Virus record (IMG/VR): IMGVR_UViG_3300032213_001070
Span: 1-64,000 of that record
DNA from: a virus
DNA length: 64,000 bases
Strand: one strand, 5' to 3'
Below the pieces are notes generated by a model that was not told where the DNA came from, did no database searches, and worked only from the letters and a program-made list of their open reading frames with translations. Positions 49,721-59,112 of this stretch are shown in pieces. A program made the position numbers and the translations under genes. Position 1 is the stretch's first letter. Every line of letters begins with the position of its first letter.

Positions 49721-50646
49721 TGAGTTGTATTAATAAGGCAGATAAAGCATATAAAGCTCTCCAAAATGTTTATGGAGATGCACTGGCAGAAGCTTTTGTA
49801 CGGGCTCATCCTTTTAATAAAGGTAAGTCTGAAGATATAAACTTTGATATACCTAGTAAAAAGGAAGTTAAAGATTGGCTTACTGAACAAAAACAAAACA
49901 TACCAAAGAATATTAAGAGAGCCTTAGAACTTAACCCATATCTTTCTGAGACTGCACTTAAAAGCATGCTTAAAGGTGTTGTTAGTACATTTAAAGACAG
50001 AATGTTTATAACTACAGGTTGGTTGTTTTCCGGATCCAGTGCATTAGGTCAAGAGGTATTTGAAACTATCTATAAGCCTAACATGGCTGTTATGAATAAT
50101 CTAGCAGACAACTACCCGGATATCTTCAGATTAATCCCTACTAAGAATGCATATACAACTATGGTTGAAATAACACCAAGAGTTAAAGCAGAAGAAGAGG
50201 CAGAAGAAGGTGAGGTTCTAGAAGATGATGAACTTAAAACAGATGAGCCTGCAATAGTTGAAAGCATAAGAACATACAGGTCAATTGTAGATAATAACAA
50301 TGGCCGTAAACCTATAGAGTTTATGGCTGGTGACTTAAAGTGGCAGTTAAACAATAAAGGTTTATACAATCTTGTAGATAAGTTTACTAATGCTGTATAT
50401 GTTAGAAATATAAATTTAGAAACTGGTGAAATGATTCCTGAAGTATTACCAGAGACCCCGGTAGATGAAGCAAAAAGAGATAGAATCTTTAGATCAGTTA
50501 TGCAAATGATTAAAGAACAAAAACTAGATGAGTATCTTGCTGTAAAAGGTATTGACACTGCAGATATATATGAAGCTTTAAGAGATGCTGAAACTGATAA
50601 TGATTTGAATAAAGTTATAGAAACAATATTAAAAGCAGTATGTTAA
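49720..50646 (+). CDS. Small ejection/adaptor protein with N- and C-terminal Cys
   Basis: 308 aa; overlaps both neighbours; begins MSC and ends AVC. Confidence 0.65.
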   Translation: MSCINKADKAYKALQNVYGDALAEAFVRAHPFNKGKSEDINFDIPSKKEVKDWLTEQKQNIPKNIKRALELNPYLSETALKSMLKGVVSTFKDRMFITTGWLFSGSSALGQEVFETIYKPNMAVMNNLADNYPDIFRLIPTKNAYTTMVEITPRVKAEEEAEEGEVLEDDELKTDEPAIVESIRTYRSIVDNNNGRKPIEFMAGDLKWQLNNKGLYNLVDKFTNAVYVRNINLETGEMIPEVLPETPVDEAKRDRIFRSVMQMIKEQKLDEYLAVKGIDTADIYEALRDAETDNDLNKVIETILKAVC

Positions 50647-53600
50647 GTTGTCCTAGAAAAAATAGTAGAGAGTGGCAAGCTATTCTTGCAGAAACTCACG
50701 GTAATGAGGAAGAGGCTCAAAGACTATGGGTTGAAAGAGAGTTTGATACTAATCCTGATCTTAATGAAGTAGTTAAAGATGAGAACTATGAGGATGAAAG
50801 ACAAGGTGAACCAGGGCAGGAAGAGCTAGAACCTAATGATGATTTTTCTAGATTAATACAGAGAATCAAGATATATATCAATAGACAGATTGAGATTCTT
50901 AACAGTAAGAAAATTGCTAATAAAAAGTATAAGCAATCTAAACTTAAAAAACTTCTTACTGAGATGGAGGCATTAGAAGGTGTAGCATCTATAAATATAT
51001 TTGTAAAAGATGCTTATGATAAATCTCTACAGGTAAGAGCTAGAATGAATAAGCTACTTGCTAATAAAGGTAAGATGTCTTCTAAAGAGGTAATGATTGA
51101 GCTTACCGGATTAAATGATTTTGCAAATAGCTACTCTATATTAGATGAGATTGACTCAGCTGATATTTTAAATTACTTTACCACAGCTTCAGAACAAGAA
51201 ATGATGGGTCCAATAACTCCACAAAAAATGTTAACGGATGCTATTTCAATAAGACAAAAGGTAAAAGAAAAAGTAATTACTCAGGGTATACCTTTATTAG
51301 CAGAGTTCTTAGTAGAATACAAATCTACTTTACAAGATACTACTATTGCAGATACTGTTGCTGCTCTTGAAAAAGAAATAGAAGATATACAGAATAATGC
51401 TAAGATGCCAGATGAGAAAAAAGAAAAGCTCATCAAAGAAAAACAAGATAGGATTAAAACATTTGAGACATTTGATGTTGACCAAGCTTCTATTGAAAAG
51501 ATACTTAAAGAAGCATCAAGTGATATTGGTGTGCTTGATTTCTTAATCTCCCCTCTTATTACATCTTCTGACAGTGCATTAGCATTATTTGCTAAAGCAA
51601 TCAAGAGCCAGTTAGAATTTGCTAGACAAAAAGATATTAAAGTCAGAGACAGTTTGGTAAAAGCTTTTGAAAAATATAGAGCTGTTGCCCCGGCAAGTTC
51701 TGATAATACTGCAAAGTTTAATGAAGGTATCTATGAGGAAGTAGATATACCTATCTATGATGAAAAGGATGAGATATCCGGCTATAGAAAAGAAGTTCAG
51801 TTTGTACAGAAGTATGACATGAGTAAATTTAATAAAGCCAGAAGTGAGTTCTTTAAACAACTTGGTGCTTTACCAAAACCTGTAGGAGAAAAACCTACTA
51901 AAGAAGAGAAAGCCAAAAGCAAAGCTTGGTGGGAGGCTAGAAATAAATGGTATAAAGAAAATACTCAACCTAGACCAAAAGCAGAAAGAGATGCTATAAT
52001 TCTTCAGATGCAGACTGATAGAGACAATAAACTCATTAGTCAAGAAGATTATGAAAAATGGGAAAGAAAAAACATTAGAGAATACAAAGGTGAAGTGACT
52101 TACTTTGAAGATTTAGCTGTACCTGCAGATAAATATAAAAGTGATAAATGGAATGCCATGTATGATTCTAATGATGTTGCAAAGAATGAGAAAGGTAGAT
52201 ATCATGCTGAGTTACTTAGAATATATCAAGAAGCTCAGGATAAATTACCAGAATCACAACAACCAGGATTCAGAGTACCATCTGTATCTAAGTCTGACTT
52301 AGAAAGATTAATGCAGAACGGTATCAAAGATTTAATAAAAACTAATGTTAGTGAAGCAGTTAGACTTCAGTCATGGGATACAGAGTTTGCATTAGGAACT
52401 TTATCAGAAGAAGATGCTAAGTTCTTACCGGTATACTATAATCAACCCATAGATGCAAAAGATGTAACATTAGATTTAGCTTCTTCAGTATTGTTATTTA
52501 GTGCAATGGCAAATAAATATGAGGCACTTAACAATGTAAATGCTGAGATATCTTTAATGAAAACTATTGTTGGTGCCCGCAGTGTACCTGTTACAAATAG
52601 TAAAGGACAAGCTGTACTAGATGCTTTTGCTAACAAGCTAGGTTATGAGGAGTACATCCGGCAGAATGGAGAATCTTATTCTAAAAAACACTTGAATGCA
52701 TTTATAGATATGGTTATCTATGGTGAAATGCAAAAAGCTGAAGAAATCTTTGGTGGTTTATCACTTACTAAGATTACTAATACTGCTATGTCTTATTCAG
52801 CTATCACAACTATTGCTGCTGACTTGCTTAAAGGTGTAGCTAATAACCTACAGGGAAACATTCAAGTACTTATAGAAGCGGTAGGTGGTCAGTTCTTTAA
52901 CCGCGCCAACTTAAGAAGAGGTAAATCTTTTCTAGCAAAAAATCTACCTAGTATATTAGGAGACTTTGGTAAACCTGCACCAACAAGTTTAGTTGGAAAA
53001 CTAGTAGAGAAGTATGATCCTATGCAAGGTAACTTCAAAGATAACTATGGTAAAAAGATAAGTATGGGTGTAGCTAATAAACTTTTCCGTACAGATACAT
53101 TATTCTTTAACCAGCACTTTGGGGAATATGAGATTCAAGTATCTACTATGTTAGCTTTATTTGATAATATCAAAGTACTAGATACTCAAACTAATGAAGA
53201 GATAACTTTACTACAAGCCTATAATATCTATGGTGCTGATGAAGCACAAAGCAAAATAAAAATTGCTAAAATGGATAGCAAAGGTCAACCGGTTACAGAT
53301 GACCAAGGTAATCAGGTATATGTACCATTTGGAGAAACCCAGAGACAAGATATACAAAATAGACTACATGGATTAAACAAATACATGCATGGTGTCTATA
53401 ATGACTTTGACAAAGGCACATTACAAAAGTATTCATTAGGTAGACTAGCAATCATGTGGAGAAAGCATGTTGTTCCTGGATATAAAAGAAGATTTAAAAG
53501 AGTATCCATGGACCATGAAATTGGGACACCAACAGAAGGATACTATAGAACTTTTATTATGACAATGAGATCAGATCTTAAACAGTATAAATATAATATT

Positions 53601-54071
53601 ATTAAGAACTGGTCAACTTATACACCATTTCAAAAAGCTCAGATTTCAAAAGTACTTACTGAGATAAGTATAATCTTAGCACTAACAACATTAGGGTTTG
53701 TATTAACTAGATTGCTGGTTAATCCTGATGATGATGAAAGAGATCCAATCCAAAATAACTATGCTTATAACTTTTTACTTTATGAGACATTAAGGATGAG
53801 ATCTGAGACTGCATCTTATATTAATCCTATAGATGCTATCCGTGTAATGAGATCACCATCAGCTATGACAAGTACTATAGATAGACTTATTAAGTTTGTC
53901 AATCAAGTATTACCTTGGAATATAACTGAAGAATATAAAAGAGAATCAGGTGTGTGGAATAAAGGAGATAATAAAGCTTGGGCTGCATTTGTAAAACTAA
54001 TGGGTATCTCAGGTTATAATATGGATCCTGAACAAGCATACAAATCATTTGAGGCAAGTTTCTTTAAATAA
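50640..54071 (+). CDS. Large ejection protein with C-terminal hydrophobic helix
   Basis: 1143 aa; begins MLSCPRKNSREW; ISIILALTTLGFVLTRLLV segment near the C-terminus. Confidence 0.65.
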   Translation: MLSCPRKNSREWQAILAETHGNEEEAQRLWVEREFDTNPDLNEVVKDENYEDERQGEPGQEELEPNDDFSRLIQRIKIYINRQIEILNSKKIANKKYKQSKLKKLLTEMEALEGVASINIFVKDAYDKSLQVRARMNKLLANKGKMSSKEVMIELTGLNDFANSYSILDEIDSADILNYFTTASEQEMMGPITPQKMLTDAISIRQKVKEKVITQGIPLLAEFLVEYKSTLQDTTIADTVAALEKEIEDIQNNAKMPDEKKEKLIKEKQDRIKTFETFDVDQASIEKILKEASSDIGVLDFLISPLITSSDSALALFAKAIKSQLEFARQKDIKVRDSLVKAFEKYRAVAPASSDNTAKFNEGIYEEVDIPIYDEKDEISGYRKEVQFVQKYDMSKFNKARSEFFKQLGALPKPVGEKPTKEEKAKSKAWWEARNKWYKENTQPRPKAERDAIILQMQTDRDNKLISQEDYEKWERKNIREYKGEVTYFEDLAVPADKYKSDKWNAMYDSNDVAKNEKGRYHAELLRIYQEAQDKLPESQQPGFRVPSVSKSDLERLMQNGIKDLIKTNVSEAVRLQSWDTEFALGTLSEEDAKFLPVYYNQPIDAKDVTLDLASSVLLFSAMANKYEALNNVNAEISLMKTIVGARSVPVTNSKGQAVLDAFANKLGYEEYIRQNGESYSKKHLNAFIDMVIYGEMQKAEEIFGGLSLTKITNTAMSYSAITTIAADLLKGVANNLQGNIQVLIEAVGGQFFNRANLRRGKSFLAKNLPSILGDFGKPAPTSLVGKLVEKYDPMQGNFKDNYGKKISMGVANKLFRTDTLFFNQHFGEYEIQVSTMLALFDNIKVLDTQTNEEITLLQAYNIYGADEAQSKIKIAKMDSKGQPVTDDQGNQVYVPFGETQRQDIQNRLHGLNKYMHGVYNDFDKGTLQKYSLGRLAIMWRKHVVPGYKRRFKRVSMDHEIGTPTEGYYRTFIMTMRSDLKQYKYNIIKNWSTYTPFQKAQISKVLTEISIILALTTLGFVLTRLLVNPDDDERDPIQNNYAYNFLLYETLRMRSETASYINPIDAIRVMRSPSAMTSTIDRLIKFVNQVLPWNITEEYKRESGVWNKGDNKAWAAFVKLMGISGYNMDPEQAYKSFEASFFK

Positions 54072-54077
54072 ATAACT

Positions 54078-54218
54078 ATGGCAAAGACAGCAACATCAAC
54101 AGTAAAAGCATATACCAAGGTTAAAAAATCTAGACCAGGTGTGCATAGCAAAACCAAGAATTCTAGAATGAAAGGTGCTAAGCACTACAAGAAGGCTTAT
54201 AGAGCACAAGGGAGGTAG
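54078..54218 (+). CDS. 46-aa basic protein (not in ORF track)
   Basis: Translates as MAKTATSTVKAYTKVKKSRPGVHSKTKNSRMKGAKHYKKAYRAQGR; the K.YR.QG ending is common in small phage proteins. Confidence 0.65.
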   Translation: MAKTATSTVKAYTKVKKSRPGVHSKTKNSRMKGAKHYKKAYRAQGR

Positions 54219-54225
54219 CAGAAAG

Positions 54226-54253
54226 AAAAAAAAGGGGAACCCGAAAGTTCCCC
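54226..54253 (-). terminator. Terminator at the convergence of the two transcription units
   Basis: GGGGAAC-CCGAAA-GTTCCCC hairpin with an A-tract on the left, giving a U-tract for minus-strand transcripts. Confidence 0.8.
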
Positions 54254-54255
54254 AA

Positions 54256-54429
54256 TTAATCTTCTTCACAACAGTCACATTCTTCTGACTCTAATTGTCC
54301 ATACTCATTATCAAACCAGTCTTTGGCTTCTTGTTTTGTTGGATAATCTTTAAGTCCTGCTTCTATAGCAGCTGCAAATCCTGCCATATAGGCTTCCATC
54401 ATTGCTTTTCTGAATGCTACTGGATGCAT
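54256..54429 (-). CDS. 57-aa acidic protein (not in ORF track)
   Basis: Translates as MHPVAFRKAMMEAYMAGFAAAIEAGLKDYPTKQEAKDWFDNEYGQLESEECDCCEED; starts 1 nt after the MazG-like stop and ends just before the terminator. Confidence 0.6.
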   Translation of the reverse strand: MHPVAFRKAMMEAYMAGFAAAIEAGLKDYPTKQEAKDWFDNEYGQLESEECDCCEED

Positions 54430-54430
54430 G

Positions 54431-54817
54431 TTAATCTACTTTAATAAATTTACTGATATCAGGTCTGAAGTATCCCGGACCTTTTAATATTTTTCCATCT
54501 TCTCTAAGAATAGGCTTACCATCTTCACCTAATTTACTCATATTACTTTCTTGTATTTCATCAAATACATCTTGTATAATATACTGCATACCATGTTTAA
54601 GTATAGTTCCGCATAATATATATAGCTTATCACCTAGTGCATCTGCTATATCTACTAGTGAGTTTTTGTGACATGCTTCAAGATACTCATCATTCTCTTC
54701 AGCCATCAGTCTATGTCTTAGTACTGCTTCATCTTTCTCAAGATTCTGTGGCCATTGACCATCTATTTGATTAAAGGCTCTATGAAATTCTGCTACTGCT
54801 TTTAATTGTTTTTCCAT
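54431..54817 (-). CDS. MazG-like / PRA-PH NTP pyrophosphohydrolase
   Basis: EE..EY.EA......IADALGD.LY..G...SNMSKL..DGKP..REDGK.LKGP motif. Confidence 0.85.
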   Translation of the reverse strand: MEKQLKAVAEFHRAFNQIDGQWPQNLEKDEAVLRHRLMAEENDEYLEACHKNSLVDIADALGDKLYILCGTILKHGMQYIIQDVFDEIQESNMSKLGEDGKPILREDGKILKGPGYFRPDISKFIKVD

Positions 54818-54828
54818 AATGTAAATTT

Positions 54829-54859
54829 AAAAAAAAAGGGGACACATTGCTGCATCCCC
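54829..54859 (-). terminator. Rho-independent terminator
   Basis: Minus strand reads GGGGATGCA-GCAA-TGTGTCCCC followed by a T-tract. Confidence 0.85.
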
Positions 54860-54895
54860 GGATTGATTATTGTTCCTATATTAACTATAGGGCAA

Positions 54896-56128
54896 TTAGA
54901 AGAAATCTGGAATGCTGCTTCCATCATCTTCTGTTTCTTCATCATTACTTAAATCTAATTCAAAATCTACACTAGATTCTTTTTTCTCTACAGGAATAGA
55001 ATCTAGATCAGCTACTGCTGGTGTACCCACAGAAGATTCTGTAGCCTCAAGCATTTCATAATCGGCAGGACTAGCACTTAAGCTAAAGTCATCTACACTA
55101 TATTCAAATGCATTATTCTCAGGTTCAGGTGCCGGCATTTGAGGAATATCCTCATCATCTTCTGGATCTGGTTCTGGAACAACCGGTGCTTCAAATGTGT
55201 TACCTGCAGGATCAGTGTAGTGTATTACTTCATCATTCACCCATGGTAATTCTTCTTCTGTAACTTCAATAGTATCTTCTTCAACAAATGAATCTTCTAC
55301 AGCTTCAGTTTCCTCTAGAATGATTTCTTCTGATTGGTGCAGATCATCTGCACAGTTATCTTCTTCTTGCACCACTTGATTATCAGGCACTTGCGTAACT
55401 GGAGCAGTAGCCGGTGCAAAATTACATATGGTCCCTATAAAGTAATGTAATATTCTCTGATCTTCCATCCAAGTTTTAGGATGTGAATGCTGTAATGAGT
55501 TAGTTACAAAGTTATAGAATGCCCACAAGCTATCTGTATTAGCAAATACTTGTTGTGGTTTCTTCATTTGATCTCTAATCATACTAGCTTGTTCAGTAGT
55601 AAGAATTTCATACTCTGCAAACAGGACACCCAAAAGTTGTGCTTGTCTTCTTTTGTTCAAGCTTACTCCTTCCATAGAAGCTTTATCAGCACATAACTGA
55701 TTATAATACATATGTGCATTAGAAATATATTGGTCTATAGTATCTTTTACTTCAGTATCTGCAGTACCAGTATGCTTTCTAACCCAGCTACCTATATCCC
55801 CGGAGATCATAACTGATCCGCTTTGATTGATATAAGCACCAACTACACATTTAAATTTCACTTGTTTGTTATAACTGTTTGTCCATGCAAACATCATTGA
55901 CAACTCAGGATCCTGATTGAAGTTCAATCTATAGATACCTTGAGCTATTTGTCCATCGGCAGTACATCTATACTCCTCTTCTACAATTCCAAATCCTGCA
56001 GTAGCAAGAGCTTGGTATGCATAATCCATTACAAATTGGTGGCTAATTACAGTATAACTAGCACCATGGTTTGGTAAAGGCACACTAACTAGGTGCGCCT
56101 TTGTTGTGTTCTGTATTTTCTTTGGCAT
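54896..56128 (-). CDS. DUF932-like protein with long acidic C-terminal tail
   Basis: Y..ISH, NSYNK, RKHTG and W.FYN.VT motifs; about 170-aa D/E-rich tail. Confidence 0.6.
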   Translation of the reverse strand: MPKKIQNTTKAHLVSVPLPNHGASYTVISHQFVMDYAYQALATAGFGIVEEEYRCTADGQIAQGIYRLNFNQDPELSMMFAWTNSYNKQVKFKCVVGAYINQSGSVMISGDIGSWVRKHTGTADTEVKDTIDQYISNAHMYYNQLCADKASMEGVSLNKRRQAQLLGVLFAEYEILTTEQASMIRDQMKKPQQVFANTDSLWAFYNFVTNSLQHSHPKTWMEDQRILHYFIGTICNFAPATAPVTQVPDNQVVQEEDNCADDLHQSEEIILEETEAVEDSFVEEDTIEVTEEELPWVNDEVIHYTDPAGNTFEAPVVPEPDPEDDEDIPQMPAPEPENNAFEYSVDDFSLSASPADYEMLEATESSVGTPAVADLDSIPVEKKESSVDFELDLSNDEETEDDGSSIPDFF

Positions 56129-58033
56129 TTAAAATAATTTTAATTGATTTCTATTTGGCTCTAACCCAGCTATCTCTTTCTTTATCTTATCTAGATAATA
56201 GCTTAGATTAATCTTGTAATCATCAAATGGTTTTTCTTCATGGTCAATATAAATAGTCTGCATCCATTGGCCGGATTCTATTTGAGTTTCTCTACCATCA
56301 AACAAGTTAGTCTTAATAACCTTACAGCCGGAGTTAGATACATAATATCTAATAGTATCCTGCAGTTTTGTCTTCTCATACTCACCATTAACAATAGCAT
56401 GTGAATAAAATTCCCAGTCACCTTTTATCTTTTTACCACCACAATAATCAAATATGTTTTGGTTTTGTTTTAGATAATCTTCAGGCTCAATACCATCTAC
56501 AAAATATGCATGTAGAGCTTTAGGAACTATCAGGAAACTTTTATTCTTATGCAACGCCAGGTTTTCATACTCAAATCTACCTTTACATTTAGATTTACCA
56601 TCTTCAGTAACTGCTATGTAGTTATTTACATCACCCAATACAAACTTAGAATACTTATCATGTTCCAGTTGTAGATTAGTAATCCTTTCCCATTCTGCAC
56701 ATATCTCCATATACTTATCTACTTTGTCTCTTGGAATCAGAGTTTCCAAACCATCTGTATTCTGAGCTAACGGTATAGATCCTGGTATACCTTCAGTAAG
56801 CATTTCATACAGTAGAGTTAGACTCAACTGACCATTAATTGTAATCCTCATGGTAAACTCTGGATCATATAGAAAACTATTCTCATCATTACTGAGTCCA
56901 TAAGTTGAGTTAAGAATAATCTTATATACATAATTCTTAGGATCCTTCTTAGGTATCTTCTTTCTTTCTTCAAAAAACCACTCATATAGTTCACAAAAAT
57001 CTGCTTGTGGTAAATGTCCCGGAGCCCATCCATTTCTAATAGCTAGATTAGGATAGAAACTAGTAACATCTGAAGTCATGATGATCATATCATCAGTAGA
57101 CTCATACACTCTACTAGTTCTAGCACCATGGATACCACCAAGACCATAATCAGTTTTAACTCCTTTATACTGCACTGAATACTTAAATCCTCCTTTAGTC
57201 TCACCTGGATAAATAACAACTTCCCTAAATTTCTTTAACAGGTTCTGAAATGTAGCTGTCTTAAATTCTATATAAGGTAGTATGATATCATTAACAACAA
57301 TCTGAGGTCTATGAGTTCTCATCTGTCTCAGTTCATATTTCTTTATACCAGTCTGTTTACTCAAGAAATGTAGAAACAATTCTTTAGATATCCGTGGCTC
57401 AGAGGCTGAGAACAAATCAATATTATATTCATCTGTCAAAGCTCTCCTAAGATTAATCTGCTCTTTACTGAGCTGCATAATCTGTTTAGTAGACCTAACA
57501 TCATTAATACAGTAATTGATAATATCCGGAATCTGTTCCGCTACTACTTCAGTAGTATGATGAATAGGCATATCTATGATATTCTTCCAATCCATTGTAT
57601 ACTGAATCCATTTCAAGCTAGATCTCTTAGCTGGATTATCCCAGTGGTTAAGTTTAAATACATCTACCTGTCTGATGTGTAAATCTCTAGGACTAAATTC
57701 TAAGAACTCTCCATCACTCTGTCTTCTGATTACATCTTGTGCTTTAGAATATATGAACCTAGCAATCTCATCACCAGTCATATCAAGTAAGTCATGACCT
57801 TTAGCCAAGCAGTGTTCAGTGATTTGACTGTCAAATCCTAAACCATTAAAGCTAATATGCCATTCATTATTATTTACATTATGCATTAAGAAAGTTAAGA
57901 AAGGAACAATGTCATTTCTAGACTCATGCATTACAAATATCTCTCTGTCTTCAGATTTTATATCTTCAAAGACTGCAATGAAACAATTAGATAATGTTTC
58001 ATAATCCATTACATAGTGTGTTTTCATACCCAC
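56129..58033 (-). CDS. polB: Family B DNA polymerase with 3'-5' exonuclease (start may be the ATG at 58027)
   Basis: ExoI DYET, ExoII FNGLGFD, ExoIII YCINDV; Pol motifs SDVTSFYP, KIILNSTYG, NTDG. Confidence 0.9.
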   Translation of the reverse strand: MGMKTHYVMDYETLSNCFIAVFEDIKSEDREIFVMHESRNDIVPFLTFLMHNVNNNEWHISFNGLGFDSQITEHCLAKGHDLLDMTGDEIARFIYSKAQDVIRRQSDGEFLEFSPRDLHIRQVDVFKLNHWDNPAKRSSLKWIQYTMDWKNIIDMPIHHTTEVVAEQIPDIINYCINDVRSTKQIMQLSKEQINLRRALTDEYNIDLFSASEPRISKELFLHFLSKQTGIKKYELRQMRTHRPQIVVNDIILPYIEFKTATFQNLLKKFREVVIYPGETKGGFKYSVQYKGVKTDYGLGGIHGARTSRVYESTDDMIIMTSDVTSFYPNLAIRNGWAPGHLPQADFCELYEWFFEERKKIPKKDPKNYVYKIILNSTYGLSNDENSFLYDPEFTMRITINGQLSLTLLYEMLTEGIPGSIPLAQNTDGLETLIPRDKVDKYMEICAEWERITNLQLEHDKYSKFVLGDVNNYIAVTEDGKSKCKGRFEYENLALHKNKSFLIVPKALHAYFVDGIEPEDYLKQNQNIFDYCGGKKIKGDWEFYSHAIVNGEYEKTKLQDTIRYYVSNSGCKVIKTNLFDGRETQIESGQWMQTIYIDHEEKPFDDYKINLSYYLDKIKKEIAGLEPNRNQLKLF

Positions 58034-58068
58034 TTGTTCAGTTAAGCTGTTCCCCCGTTTTAGTTAAT

Positions 58069-58098
58069 AAAAAAAGAGGGTGTTTGGTACCCACCCTC
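58069..58098 (-). terminator. Rho-independent terminator
   Basis: Minus strand GAGGGTG...CACCCTC followed by a T-tract. Confidence 0.75.
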
Positions 58099-58118
58099 CC
58101 TTTTAATTTAGAAGAACG

Positions 58119-58514
58119 CTACTTTGTAGCTTTTTTACCTAGGCTTTCTGTTTCACCCAAGAATTTTTTGTAATCAAACTTCTTTGCATTTACTGCAAAC
58201 AAAGATATAACATCTTCCATAGCTGCTTTGTCTTCTACATAGAACTCTTGGAATACTTCAATCTTATGTCTTTCTTCTCTAAAGTTTCTACCATTGGTTC
58301 TTGCACTTTTTACTGTCATTGGATCACCATTGTCATCCAACTTAGGTAGCATATGCAAAGCCTGCTTGGTTATTTTAGAAATTATTACAAAGACTTTAGT
58401 ATCCGGATCAAAGATACATTCTACATAAGGACATGAATCCGCTATAGGAATCAATCTAAAAGTTTGCTTATCATTCCAAGTTGCTTGGATAAGCATCATT
58501 GTGTTTTCACTCAT
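58119..58514 (-). CDS. Hypothetical protein
   Basis: 131-aa ORF with A-rich leader, upstream promoter-like site and downstream terminator. Confidence 0.7.
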   Translation of the reverse strand: MSENTMMLIQATWNDKQTFRLIPIADSCPYVECIFDPDTKVFVIISKITKQALHMLPKLDDNGDPMTVKSARTNGRNFREERHKIEVFQEFYVEDKAAMEDVISLFAVNAKKFDYKKFLGETESLGKKATK

Positions 58515-58534
58515 TTTTTAGTTGGTTTTAATTT

Positions 58535-59107
58535 TTACAAAGATAATCTAGAATTATTAATATTCTCAAAATTTGCAACAGCAGTTAGTAACATTTCTTT
58601 ATCTAGATTTGGTTTGTCACATAGTTCCCCTACTTCTTCTAATAGTTTTTGAGGTACATCAAGTAACTCAGCATATCTCTTAAAGAACTTTTCAGGAAAC
58701 ATATAGCTTGTTACATAAATATAATTACCACTATGTTTGTCAAAAAAATTAACTATTTTACGCTTTATATCATCACTTATTTTACTATATCTACCATTTA
58801 TCATATGGTCCCAATCATTACCTAAATCAACAAAATCAAATACAAATACAGCTTGATTATCATGTAGTTTGCTATAATTGCAAAGTCTACTATGTTTTAT
58901 TAAAACATCATTTTCAAAATCTGCATAATCATCATCTGTTGTATCATACACACAAATAAGTTTTTTATCCTCAGAGGAGTACATCTCTGCCCAAGCAAAA
59001 TAAGTTTCTACTGGAACAATCTGTGTACCTCTTTTAATGTCTAAGAGCGGATAAACAAATATCTTAGACTTTTGGAAATACTTTCTATAAAGCGCATTAA
59101 TTACCAT
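58535..59107 (-). CDS. Hypothetical protein
   Basis: 190-aa ORF within the operon. Confidence 0.7.
   Translation of the reverse strand: MVINALYRKYFQKSKIFVYPLLDIKRGTQIVPVETYFAWAEMYSSEDKKLICVYDTTDDDYADFENDVLIKHSRLCNYSKLHDNQAVFVFDFVDLGNDWDHMINGRYSKISDDIKRKIVNFFDKHSGNYIYVTSYMFPEKFFKRYAELLDVPQKLLEEVGELCDKPNLDKEMLLTAVANFENINNSRLSL
58538..58545 (-). promoter_or_regulatory. Bacteroidota-type -7 promoter element TATCTTTG
   Basis: Matches TAnnTTTG about 24 nt upstream of the 58514 start. Confidence 0.45.
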
Positions 59108-59112
59108 AAATA

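Noticed and set aside
38497-50651. Split inteins as the explanation for terminal cysteines
   Set aside because: No recognisable intein blocks or terminal HN motifs are present, and the Cys are the last or first few residues rather than at internal splice junctions.
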